Below, piece after piece: positions 38,334 to 48,964 of a stretch of DNA of 64,000 bases; within the stretch, counting starts at the first letter, position 1, and every line of letters starts with the position of its first letter. This stretch comes from Bilabrum cf. latius. Its lineage: Eukaryota. A program made the position numbers and the translations under genes. The stretch covers positions 682,001 through 746,000 of the forward strand of contig OZ237739.1 in assembly GCA_965178125.1 (NCBI GenBank). Direction: 5' to 3'. Below the pieces are notes generated by a model. The model searched no databases and was not told the origin of the DNA. It saw nothing but the letters and a program-made list of their open reading frames with translations.

Positions 38334-39455
38334 ATGCTAGCGGTAGCTGCAACCCTGCTCGTTGCCTGCAGTTTCGCCAGCGCCCGCCGCGTGCGGGGCC
38401 AGGCGCAGCTGTCTTGGTCTCCCAATCTCCAAATCGCTCCTTCGTCGCGACCGGGCCCCGGCTGCGTGGTTCTCAAGAAGCTCTCTACAGAATTTTCCGG
38501 CCTGTCACCCGAAGGTCTTGATAAGCAGAATCGCTTCGCGCTCTGGAAAAAGACGGCCAAGCGGGTGTTTTGCGTGGTGCCCGGCACCGGCGACAGCCAG
38601 GCGGACATCGTGTGGAAGAAACAGCCAGGGGCCAGCAAGCCGCAGGGCCGCATGCAGCTGGCCGAGATAGTTGCGGTGAAATAGAACGAATGCAAGGGCC
38701 ATAAGAGCTGCATCCTCTTGAAGGGAACCGACCCGAACGGAAAGGCGATTGCCGTGAAAGCCTGGCCAGAGCCCGGCAGCAAAGAAGCCCAGAGGCACCC
38801 CATCATCGAGCTCGCGCACGCCGTGGAGCGGCAGGGCGGAGGAGCAGCCATCTCGAGAGAGCTGCGACTGGACGCCTTCTTGACGCCGCTGTACGGGCTG
38901 GCTCGAACGGATTGCGGCGGCGGGGGAGCGCAGCAGCTGTACGCTTCGGGACCCGAGGTGGAGGCCGTGGGCGCGACGCTGGTGAGGGACCGCCACGGCA
39001 GCCACGAAAGCGCGGCCGGCACGACGCCGGCCGAAGACCTCGTGCTCGCGATTCTGCCCAAAATGACCCAGATGTCGGCGGACGTCGCTGCGGAACTGGC
39101 AGACCCCAAGATCACCCAGGAACGGCGGGACAGCCTCACCCGTCTGCAAACCGACCTGCCGCTCCGAAGGGGCGCCCTGGCGACGCTGCTCGAGGACCCG
39201 GGGGACGATGCCGCGTGCGCCGCCATCTACAACATGTACATCAAGCAGTCGACGGGCGGCGGGACCTACGAAGCAACCCCAGGCTAGTACCCCATGAACC
39301 TGCCGGACAAGGCCGTGCCGGAGACCGCGGCCGACTTTTGCGGCTCGGCAGAGGCAAGGGCGAATATCATCCAAGAGGGCATCGCGTATCTCTCGGCTCA
39401 GCTCTAGGGGTGCCCGATGGGATCCTTCACCGAGGAACTGCTGTCCGGGCGCTGA
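38334..39455 (+). CDS. Hypothetical protein (~373 aa) with signal-peptide-like N-terminus and PH-like domain (TAG read as Gln)
   Basis: ATG 38334 MLAVAATLLVACSFASA; WKKTAKRVFCVV...IVWKKQPGASKPQGRMQLAEIVAVK resembles a PH fold; 3 TAG; TGA at 39453-39455. Confidence 0.65.
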
Positions 39456-39574
39456 TGGTGGGGCGCGGGGTGTGCGGAGCATGTGTCGCTCGCTACCTTC
39501 CCCTCTACTGCTGCGAGGTGGCGCGTGTTGGGCCGGCATTGCCTCCAGAGACTGCATCGGGATCAGCTGTGGCT

Positions 39575-39682
39575 AGGGAGCCGCTGTTGCCCCCGATGGC
39601 GAGGGAGCCGCTGTTGCCCCCGATGGCGAGGGAGCCGCTGTTGCCCCCGATGGCGAGGGAGCCGCTGTTGCCCCCGATGGCG
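39575..39682. repeat. 27-bp minisatellite, 4 copies
   Basis: agggagccgctgttgcccccgatggcg x4, downstream of the 38334-39455 gene. Confidence 0.95.
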
Positions 39683-40006
39683 TAGTCGCCTGCGCAGCGG
39701 CCAGCCAAAATGGGATACGATACTTGGATAGTTTTGAATCATTTTTTTTTCCAGCTCGAGACTCGAGGTTTAACGTCTCTTCACATCTGGAGCGGTAGCC
39801 TTGCGATGCGCCCATGCCCACCGTCCGTATCCGCACCTCCCACGTGCAAGCGCACCTCCTTCCACTCCCCCCTCAGCAACACACCCGTCCCACGAGCCCG
39901 TAATGGCTTCAAGACGCTGCTATCCCTGTCATGACATCGCCCCTGCACAGGCCCCGCAGGAATATGACGCTGCCATTGGCGCAGATGCAGCAATAGGGCC
40001 ATTTTG

Positions 40007-40187
40007 GGCCAGTGGAGCCCAACGAGGCAAAAACGAAGGACGAGCCTTGAACCCCAGCCCACTCCCGCCCCGAAGGTGTGGGAAGCGGCAGGCACCTGGC
40101 CAGGCAGCCCAACGAGGCAAGAATGAAGGACGAACCCTGAATACGGCGGCCGGGAATCGCGGCTCGCCCGCGCAGGTGACCCCAGCC
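40007..40187. repeat. Orphan ~1.5-unit copy of the tRNA-Gly-linked 133-bp repeat
   Basis: Near-identical to array units (cccaacgaggcaaaaacgaaggacg; tacggcggccgggaatcgcggctcgcccgcgcaggtgaccccagcc), same orientation as 45506-48964. Confidence 0.9.
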
Positions 40188-40213
40188 ACACGTTGGGGAT
40201 GGTAGAGCAGAGT

Positions 40214-40935
40214 GGGGGGGACGACGGTTCACCGGAAAGTAGTGGAGGAGAAGATGATTGGTGGGGTCATCGGGTTAAGGCGTGGGACTGGAAGGGGGAG
40301 GGACAGGCCGGGCAGGTGGGGGTTTGGGCATGTGTGTGACCAGTGACTCGGATCAGGGGGATTGGATCACCCGACCACATGCGGATGTGGAAGTTGAGAG
40401 GTCACAATTGTTGGTGAGGCCAGCAAGGTCTCTGAGATTGAGGTCGCGCGGTGGGCGCAGGACCCGCTCGAGGTGCAGGAGCAGATGCGACGTAGCGATG
40501 CGGAGGAGTGAGAGAGAAAGAAAGCGGCTAGGGATGCAGACCAGGAGCGGCGGCGACGCGGGGTGGGCGACAGGTGGAAAGGGGGGTGGTGTGGGTGGAG
40601 CAGAGAGAGAGGGCGAGGGATCGGGGGGGGGGCGGAGCGGAAGGAGAGGGCGAGGGGTGGGGGGGGGGGGGGAGGGGGCGGAGCGGAGAGAGAAGGCGAT
40701 AGATGGGCGGGGGGGGCAAAGCAGGGAGGAGGGGGGGGCGGCGGTTCACCAAGTGGGGAGGAAGTAGTGGAGGAGAAGATGAGTGGTGGGGTCATCTGGT
40801 TGATACGGCGGATAGAAAGGGGGAGGCACAGGCCGGGCAGGTGGGGGGTTGGGCATGTGGGGGACGAGTGACTCGGATCAGGGGGGATCGGATCACCCGA
40901 CCACATGCGGATGTGGAAGTTGAGAGGTCACAATT
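40214..40935. repeat. Pair of diverged ~200-bp direct repeats (~40214-40409 and ~40731-40935) flanking a G-rich spacer
   Basis: Shared ggttcacc..aagtagtggaggagaagatga..gtggggtcatc..acaggccgggcaggtgggg..gtgactcggatcagggg; identical ending ggatcacccgaccacatgcggatgtggaagttgagaggtcacaatt. Confidence 0.85.
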
Positions 40936-41948
40936 AGACTCGAGCGGCAATCAAGCCGCGTGCTATTCGGGCGCTGAGGGGCAGCGCTCGCCATTTTTTG
41001 CCTTATTAACCTCTTGCTCTACTATAGTTTCAAGTCAGGCATCACAGAAGCGCACAGAGCGCGCTGAGCGTCGGGCGGCATCAAAAGCCGGTCCGAGTGG
41101 AGATGTGGCGCTGGAATTGTAGCACATTTTGGGGAGCACGCGCACCAACCAGCGCAGAAAGAGAGACGCCTGCAGCACAAAGTAACATACACTGAGTGCA
41201 GGTGGCGTACAACGAAAGTTGAGCTTACAGCTGAACATCAGAAATTCCTCTTGCGTCGAGGCAGCCACGGGTGGAAAAATGAGCTTCTGAAGTGTGCCAG
41301 CCGCACACAACCTTGCGACATTTCGCAATAATGTGAAGGCACATCGACATCGACCTTTGGAATGCATCAAGGAATATTTGGCGGAGACAGCGCTTAAGGA
41401 GGCGCTGTTTAAAGCCCCCGACGTTCCCATCGCCTTCCTACAGGACAAGGTCGGACCACACAACCTTGGCAAAGGCGTGGTCGCGGCCTGCACGGATAAT
41501 CAGGACCATTAGTCAGTTCTCGAGCCTGCAAATGATTCGGTGGTATGGTGTCTGGCCGAGAACGAGCTGACCTATGCCCCAAACGAACCCGAGGAGTTAT
41601 TAATAATCCTATTCAGTGTCGCGTGCTCGCATAGCGGCACCTGCGTGCGTGGCAGTAGGATCACCAGGCCAGCGTGCTATAAATGCTTAAAAAATTGGTT
41701 TTGGAGGGGAGAGAGATCTCGCTACATGCTGCTGTCGGGGTCGTGCACGCACGTCGCAGGGGCAGCGAGAGGAAAAGGGGGCAGACTACGAAATTGGCTG
41801 GCGGTGCAGGTGACAGTGTGGATAGGACGCTTAGATAGGCTCACAGAGGTGTCAAGGTTAAATCTGGAGTCGCACTGGGGGTACGGCCAAGTTATCGTGC
41901 CTGCTCAATTGGATGCATTCTAGCCGGCCGCTTCTCGCCCATGCGCAG

Positions 41949-44900
41949 TCAGCCGATCCTGTACAGCTCGAACCCATTCGCGGCCGTGAACGCAGTCAAA
42001 TACAGCTTGCCGTCGAACCACGTCAGGTAGCCTGCATAAGGGGTCGGCATGGCACTCGGGTCGGTGAATCTAGCGCATTCGTGGTTCGTCTTGCAGGTCC
42101 ACACGTGGTCGTCGTCACCGCCTCCGACGAACCACAGTTTGTCCCCGCTCGGGGCGGGCGCCAGGTACTCGGGTGAGACGCCGTTACCTCCCTGAACCAG
42201 GTCCGCCACGATGGAGCACGTGTCATCCGTCCCGCAGCTCCACAGCTCCGTTTGGTACGCGTTGGTCACGGCCTAAAAGTACAGCCTGTTGTTGAAGACT
42301 GCCATGTTCTTCGGGTTAGATGGGGTGCCTGCAGCCGGCTCGATGTCCTAGACCAGAGCGCAGACGTCACTGGTGTCGCATGACCACAGCTCTCGCTAGT
42401 AAGGGCTCACAATGGCGCTAAAGTATAGCTTGTTGTTGAACACCGTGATGTCCGCGATCGCGGTGCCGGTCGCTCCTGCGACAATCTCGACTGCAGTGCA
42501 AGTCTCGCTGGTGTCGCACTTGTGGATCTCCTCACCAGTCGTCTGCGCTTTGGCCTCGAAGTACAGGTGATTATTTAGCACTACGAGACCGGCAGGTACC
42601 GAGTTGCCGTTCGTCTACGGTGCGAAGTCGCGGACAAGCCCGCACTGGTACTGGCCGTCGCAAGCATACAGCTCGCGGAAGGAAGTGGGGTCAAACGCCT
42701 AGAAGTAGATCTTGCTGTTGAACACGGCAAAGTCGGTCGGCAACGACCCCGTTGTACCTGGCTAGAGCTCGATGTAGTCGCAGTTGTTGCTTGCATCGCA
42801 GTAGAAGGGCTCCTTGCCTCCCGCTCCGCTTGCCGTGAACCAGACCTCGCTGTTGAATTCGGTGAATCCGCTTGGGTGGGAACTTCCAGTTCCGGCGTTG
42901 ATGTCCATCACAAGCTCGCATGTCCCGGAGGTGTCGCATCTCCAAGGCTCTTTGCCCTCGTTTACGGACTTGGCTCCCATGTATAGGTGTCCCAGGGCAA
43001 CGGCCAGGTGGTTGGGGCTGCCTGAGTCGCTGCCGGATTGGAACTCGTGGAAGAGCCCGATGGTGGGAATAGCCGATGGAGAGGGGGTATTGCTGGGCGA
43101 ATGACTTGGGGTTGGTGAGTTGGACGGGGTCTGGGAAGGAGTGGCCGAAGCACTGCTTGTAGTGGACGGGGTCTGCGATGGGGAAGATAGGATACATGCT
43201 TGAGCCTATACCAAGAAGAATAGCAGGGAAGCGGTAGCAGACGTATTGTTATAGTAATGCGCAGCCCAAGCGTCTCACGGGAGTCGATGAAGCCGTCGAC
43301 GTGGTTGAGGGTGTAGGTGTCTCCGAAGGGGTGCTGCTGGGGGTCTGCGGCGATCACAGACGAGAGAGGTCACGGCAGCAGGCGCGGGGATACAGTGTCT
43401 AGGAAACCATTGAATCTTTCATGGGGAGTACTTTTTTCGTTGCCAGAGGAAGCCATAATATGGTTATCCGATTGCCAACCAACTGAATGTAGGGCTATCT
43501 CTCACCGGCGTCTGGGTTGCAGTAATGGAAGGAGTCGGTGTCTCGCTTGGCGTCTGCGGGTGTGTTTGGTGATGGCACAGCTGATGGTAGGTGCGATTGC
43601 GGATGTAATGTCTTTGTTGCCATTCCTCCCTTCAATCAGCGGGAGGAAGAAATGCAAGGCAGGATACAGCAACGGCGGCTCGTGGCTCAATTGTATTCTC
43701 ACGGGCGTGCTTGAGGCCGTATTGGTGGTAGACGGAGTCGGCGTGGCAGACGAAGTCGAAGTTGTGCTGGGGGACTGCGATGAATTGTTGGAAGGGAATG
43801 GATGCGGTTCGGTGGGTCTATCACCACTGGCTGCTGGGCAGGAGGAGCCCGGCGACAGAGGGGTTTAGCTGGGCGGGAACTACGATCATCTCACAGGCGT
43901 TGCACTCGTGGTAGGGGTCGTGCTAGGGGTAGGACTGACCGTAGCTGTGGATGTCGTGCTTGACGTCTGCGCGGGGGAGGGTACGCATAGATTTCATGTC
44001 ACGAGGGGCACTACTTGCTCTGTGGGCGACTAAATCGATGCTTGGGGGTGCACAGAGACTCACTGGCGTGGCGCTGCTGGTGGTTGTGGTCGATGGAGTC
44101 GGTGTGGCGCTGCTGGTGCTTGTGGTCGATGGAGTCGGTGTGGCGCTGCTGGTGCTTGTGGTCGATGGAGTCGGTGTGGCGCTGCTGGTGCTTGTGGTCG
44201 ATGGGGTGGGCGTGGCGCTCGGCAGCTGGGGAACAGACGAAGCTTGGGCCGCCACAGCGGGCTCTAGAATCCTCCGTACGCCACTGATGACACTGCCGCC
44301 GATAGTCGTGGCGCTGCAGCCGCTTGTTGTTCCCTGGATGGGCTCCTCATCACTGGCAGCAGCTGCGGCTTGGGCATGCAGCTCGCCAACCACGCGGGCA
44401 ACATCGGCCGCAGTAGCGTTGCTTCCAGGCACTGCAACGACTGAAACGGCGACGTAGGCCTCCGAGCTACCCTGAGCAGGGGTGCCAGCGGTGATGGAGA
44501 TCGAAGGCCCGGCGTCGATAGCCGCGGTCACGGAGTCTATCCAGTCGTGTTGCACCGCGGCCTGCGTCCCTGGCTCCAGCGGGTTGCATGGGATCGTGAT
44601 CTGGGCTTCACGCGCTGGCTGCACGAAAACTTCGGCACGCGTCATGATGGCTTCAAAGTGCGTCCCGTTGGTCAGCCCCGCGATAGTGGCTTCGTCCAGG
44701 GACGCGCCCTCGGCGCAGCCGGTGCCAAACGTGCCGGGCGGGCACTGGCACGCGCTCACACCCGTATGCTAGCCGCCTGAATGTAGAGGTGTGCATGAAC
44801 CATCACCACACGCATTATTGTCGGCGCTGTCGCATCTCGCTGAGCCCCAGGCGGATTGTAAGGGTGAGGAGGAACCGTTGGTCCCGCCGTCGTCCCCGCC

Positions 44901-45146
44901 TGCGGAAGCCAGCACGGCAGCTGCCGCTGCGCCACCGGCAAGCAAAAGAAGCAGAACAATAGCAGCAGTGCCGTACATACCCAGGCAGCCGCAGCAGATG
45001 CCGGCAGCAGCTGCCTTGTTGTCGTCTTCTTTGTCGCTCTTGGTAACCTTTGCAGGGGCCGTCACAGGCACTGCTCGCGAAAATCTCGCATCTTTTTTCA
45101 TTGGATTTTCGTTTGAAAATCCCTATTCCACGTCAGAGCCGCTCAT
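41949..45146 (-). CDS. Type-II membrane protein (~854 aa): TM helix, EGF-like domain, Ser/Thr/Pro mucin stalk, ELWxxDGT-like repeat propeller; 6 exons (44064-45146, 43895-43966, 43703-43774, 43506-43553, 43279-43344, 41949-43172)
   Basis: ATG 45146 MSGSDVE*G; TM AIVLLLLLAGGAAAAAVLA; EGF-like CDSADNNACGDGSCTP...CQCPPGTFGTGC; TPSTTSTSSATP repeats; repeats such as GKEPWRCDTSGTCELVMDINAGTGSSHP, RELWSCDTSD and FNNKLYFSA. TGA at 41951-41949. Five GTGAG...CGCAG phase-0 introns link the pieces. Confidence 0.8.
43173..44063 (-). other. Cluster of five phase-0 introns (43967-44063, 43775-43894, 43554-43702, 43345-43505, 43173-43278) separating four micro-exons of 72, 72, 48 and 66 nt
   Basis: Each intron begins GTGAG after a Pro codon and ends CGCAG before a Thr/Ser codon; each exon is a multiple of 3 and encodes an S/T/P repeat. 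Confidence 0.8.
44064..44218 (-). repeat. 36-bp coding tandem repeat (TPSTTSTSSATP), ~4 copies
   Basis: gtggcgctgctggtgcttgtggtcgatggagtcggt repeated on the + strand. Confidence 0.9.
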
Positions 45147-45505
45147 GGTTTCGCGAGACTAAGAAAAGCTGAGCACGCGCCGCGCGGCGCTAGCACGCGC
45201 CACGGCAGCGTTTAGTCGTGACGACTCGCGCCTGCCACTGCAGACCCCTCAGTGGGGGAGGGGGGGGGGGGCGGGCGGTGTACCGCCTCTTCGAGGCGAA
45301 ATCCTGTGCCCCCCTTATTAAACTGCGTGTTACTGGCCAACAATTAAAGTGATATTATCCCGGAGATGACATATAAGTTCTAAAAATGGTAGAAAGAGCC
45401 AAGAATGGTAGCAAATTTTTATTAGAAGATGCGACGACCCCAACGTCCCGCAAGGGTTCCGATACCCTAATCCGATCCAGTGTGAGAGGGTCACGTATTC
45501 ACAAA

Positions 45506-48500
45506 GGAATCGCGGCTCGCCCGCGCAGGTGACCCCAGCTCACTCCCGCCCCGAAGGTGTGGGAAGCGGCAGGCACCTGCCCAGGCAGCCCAACGAGGCA
45601 AAAACGAAGGACGAAGCCTTGAATACGGCGGCCGGGAATCGTGGCTCGCCCGCGCAGGTGACCCCAGCCCACTCCCGCCCCGAAGGTGCGGGAAGCGGCA
45701 GGCACCTGGCCAGTGGCAGCCCGACGAGGCAAAAATGAAGGACGAAGCCTTGAGTACGGCGGCGGGGAATCGCGGCTCGCCCGCGCAGGTGACCCCAGCT
45801 CACCCCCCGCCCCGAAGGCGTGGGAAGCGGCAGGCACCTGGCCAGTGGCAGCCCGACAAGGCAAAAATGAAGGACGAAGCCTTGAGTTCTACGGCGGCCG
45901 GGAATCGTGGCTCGCCCGCGCAGGTGACCCCAGCCCACTCCCGCCCCGAAGGTGCGGGAAGCGGCAGGCACCTGCCCAGGCAGCCCAACGAGGCAAAAAC
46001 GAAGGACGAAGCCTTGAATACGGCGGCCGGGAATCGCGGCTCGCCCGCGCAGGTGACCCCAGCTCACCTCCCGCCCCCCTCGGTGCGGGCAGCGGCAGGC
46101 ACCTGGCCAGGCAGCCCAACGAGGCAAAAATGAAGGACGAAGCCTTGAGTACGGCGGCGGGGAATCTCGGCTCGCCCGCGCAGGTGACCCCAGCTCACCC
46201 CCCGCCCCGAAGGCGTGGGAAGCGGCAGGCACCTGGCCAGTGGCAGCCCGACAAGGCAAAAATGAAGGACGAAGCCTTGAGTTCTACGGCGGCCGGGAAT
46301 CGCGGCTCGCCCGCGCAGGTGACCCCAGCTCACCTCCCGCCCCGAAGGTGGTGTGGGAAGCGGCAGGCACCTGGCCAGGCAGCCCAACGAGGCAAAAATG
46401 AAGGACGAAGCCTTGAGTTCTACGGCGGCCGGGAATCGCGGCTCGCCCGCGCAGGTGACCCCAGCTCACCCCCCGCCCCGAAGGCGTGGGAAGCGGCAGG
46501 CACCTGGCCAGTGGCAGCCCGACAAGGCAAAAATGAAGGACGAAGCCTTGAGTTCTACGGCGGCCGGGAATCGCGGCTCGCCCGCGCAGGTGACCCCAGC
46601 TCACCTCCCGCCCCGAAGGTGGTGTGGGAAGCGGCAGGCACCTGGCCAGGCAGCCCAACGAGGCAAAAATGAAGGACGAAGCCTTGAGTTCTACGGCGGC
46701 CGGGAATCGCGGCTCGCCCGCGCAGGTGACCCCAGCTCACCTCCCGCCCCGAAGGTGCGGGAAGCGGCAGGCACCTGGCCAGTGGCAGCCTAACGAGGCA
46801 AAAATGAAGGACGAAGCCTTGAGTTCTACGGCGGCCGGGAATCGCGGCTCGCCCGCGCAGGTGACCCCAGCTCACCCCCCGCCCCGAAGGTGGTGTGGGA
46901 AGCGGCAGGCACCTGGCCAGGCAGCCCAACGAGGCAAAAATGAAGGACGAAGCCTTGAGTTCTACGGCGGCCGGGAATCGCGGCTCGCCCGCGCAGGTGA
47001 CCCCAGCTCACCCCCCGCCCCGAAGGTGGTGTGGGAAGCGGCAGGCACCTGGCCAGTGGCAGCCCAACGAGGCAAAAATGAAGGACGAAGCCTTGAAATC
47101 TACGGCGGCCGGGAATCGCGGCTCGCCCGCGCAGGTGACCCCAGCTCACCTCCCGCCCCGAAGGTGGTGTGGGAAGCGGCAGGCACCTGGCCAGGCAGCC
47201 CAACGAGGCAAAAATGAAGGACGAAGCCTTGAAATCTACGGCGGCCGGGAATCGCGGCTCGCCCGCGCAGGTGACCCCAGCTCACTCCCCGCCCCGAAGG
47301 TGCGGGAAGCGGCAGGCACCTGGCCAGGCAGCCCGACAAGGCAAAAATGAAGGACGAGCCTTGAATACGGCGGCCGGGAATCGTGGCTCGCCCGCGCAGG
47401 TGACCCCAGCCCACTCCCGCCCCCCTCGGTGCGGGCAGCGGCAGGCACCTGGCCAGGCAGCCCAACGAGGCAAAAATGAAGGACGAAGCCTTGAGTACGG
47501 CGGCCGGGAATCGCGGCTCGCCCGCGCAGGTGACCCCAGCTCACCCCCCGCCCCGAAGGCGTGGGAAGCGGCAGGCACCTGGCCAGGCAGCCCGATAAGG
47601 CAAAAATGAAGGACGAAGCCTTGAAATCTACGGCGGCCGGGAATCGCGGCTCGCCCGCGCAGGTGACCCCAGCCCACTCCCCGCCCCGAAGGTGCGGGAA
47701 GCGGCAGGCACCTGGCCAGGCAGCCCGACAAGGCAAAAATGAAGGACGAAGCCTTGAAATCTACGGCGGCCGGGAATCGCGGCTCGCCCGCGCAGGTGAC
47801 CCCAGCTCACTCCCCGCCCCGAAGGTGCGGGAAGCGGCAGGCACCTGGCCAGGCAGCCCAACGAGGCAAAAATGAAGGACGAAGCCTTGAGTTCTACGGC
47901 GGCCGGGAATCGCGGCTCGCCCGCGCAGGTGACCCCAGCCCACCCCCCGCCCCGAAGGTGCGGGAAGCGGCAGGCACCTGGCCAGGCAGCCCAACGAGGC
48001 AAAAATGAAGGACGAAGCCTTGAAATCTACGGCGGCCGGGAATCGCGGCTCGCCCGCGCAGGTGACCCCAGCTCACTCCCGCCCCCCTCGGTGCGGGCAG
48101 CGGCAGGCACCTGGCCAGGCAGCCCGACAAGGCAAAAATGAAGGACGAGCCTTGAAATCTACGGCGGCCGGGAATCGCGGCTCGCCCGCGCAGGTGACCC
48201 CAGCCCACCCCCGCCCCCCTCGGTGCGGGAAGCGGCAGGCACCTGGCCAGGCAGCCCAACGAGGCAAAAATGAAGGACGAAGCCTTGAAATCTACGGCGG
48301 CCGGGAATCGCGGCTCGCCCGCGCAGGTGACCCCAGCTCACTCCCGCCCCCCTCGGTGCGGGCAGCGGCAGGCACCTGGCCAGGCAGCCCGACAAGGCAA
48401 AAATGAAGGACGAGCCTTGAATACGGCGGCCGGGAATCGCGGCTCGCCCGCGCAGGTGACCCCAGCTCACTCCCCGCCCCGAAGGTGCGGGAAGCGGCAG

Positions 48501-48964
48501 GCACCTGGCCAGGCAGCCCGACAAGGCAAAAATGAAGGACGAGCCTTGAATACGGCGGCCGGGAATCGTGGCTCGCCCGCGCAGGTGACCCCAGCCCACT
48601 CCCGCCCCCCTCGGTGCGGGCAGCGGCAGGCACCTGGCCAGGCAGCCCAATGAGGCAAAAATGAAGGACGAAGCCTTGAGTACGGCGGCGGGGAATCGCG
48701 GCTCGCCCGCGCAGGTGACCCCAGCCCACTCCCGCCCCCCTCGGTGCGGGCAGCGGCAGGCACCTGGCCAGGCAGCCCAACGAGGCAAAAATGAAGGACG
48801 AAGCCTTGAAATCTACGGCGGCCGGGAATCGCGGCTCGCCCGCGCAGGTGACCCCAGCCCACTCCCGCCCCCCTCGGTGCGGGCAGCGGCAGGCACCTGG
48901 CCAGGCAGCCCAATGAGGCAAAAATGAAGGACGAAGCCTTGAAATCTACGGCGGCCGGGAATCG
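45506..48964. repeat. Tandem array of ~26 units of ~129-137 bp, each containing the 3' ~18 nt of the adjacent tRNA-Gly plus its trailer and terminator
   Basis: Recurring tacggcggccgggaatcg-cggctcgcccgcgcaggtgaccccagc...gcggcaggcacctggcc...aggcaaaaatgaaggacgaagccttga; the last copy runs directly into the tRNA gene. Confidence 0.95.
48920..48924 (-). terminator. Oligo-T (T5) RNA polymerase III terminator of tRNA-Gly
   Basis: TTTTT on the minus strand ~23 nt downstream of the tRNA 3' end; reiterated in every array unit. Confidence 0.6.

Noticed and set aside
37010-39226. 738-aa minus-strand ORF (likewise 36919-38352, 49139-50359, 49372-50859, 32329-33303)
   Set aside because: These are antisense or off-frame shadows of GC3-rich genes, with low-complexity Arg/Gly/Pro translations and no motifs.
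40940-41923. Possible gene or transposon remnant (41294-41923 joined over a TAG)
   Set aside because: The same frame has TAA (41183) and TGA just upstream, no convincing ATG and no recognisable motif, so I left it unassigned.
40190-45446. 9-bp inverted match (acgttgggg at 40190 / ccccaacgt at 45438) as terminal inverted repeats of the putative insert
   Set aside because: It is too short and sits ~60 bp inside the right boundary, so it is compatible with chance.
45506-48964. CRISPR array
   Set aside because: There are no unique spacers: whole units are near-identical with a few recurring variants. No cas genes are present and the context is eukaryotic.
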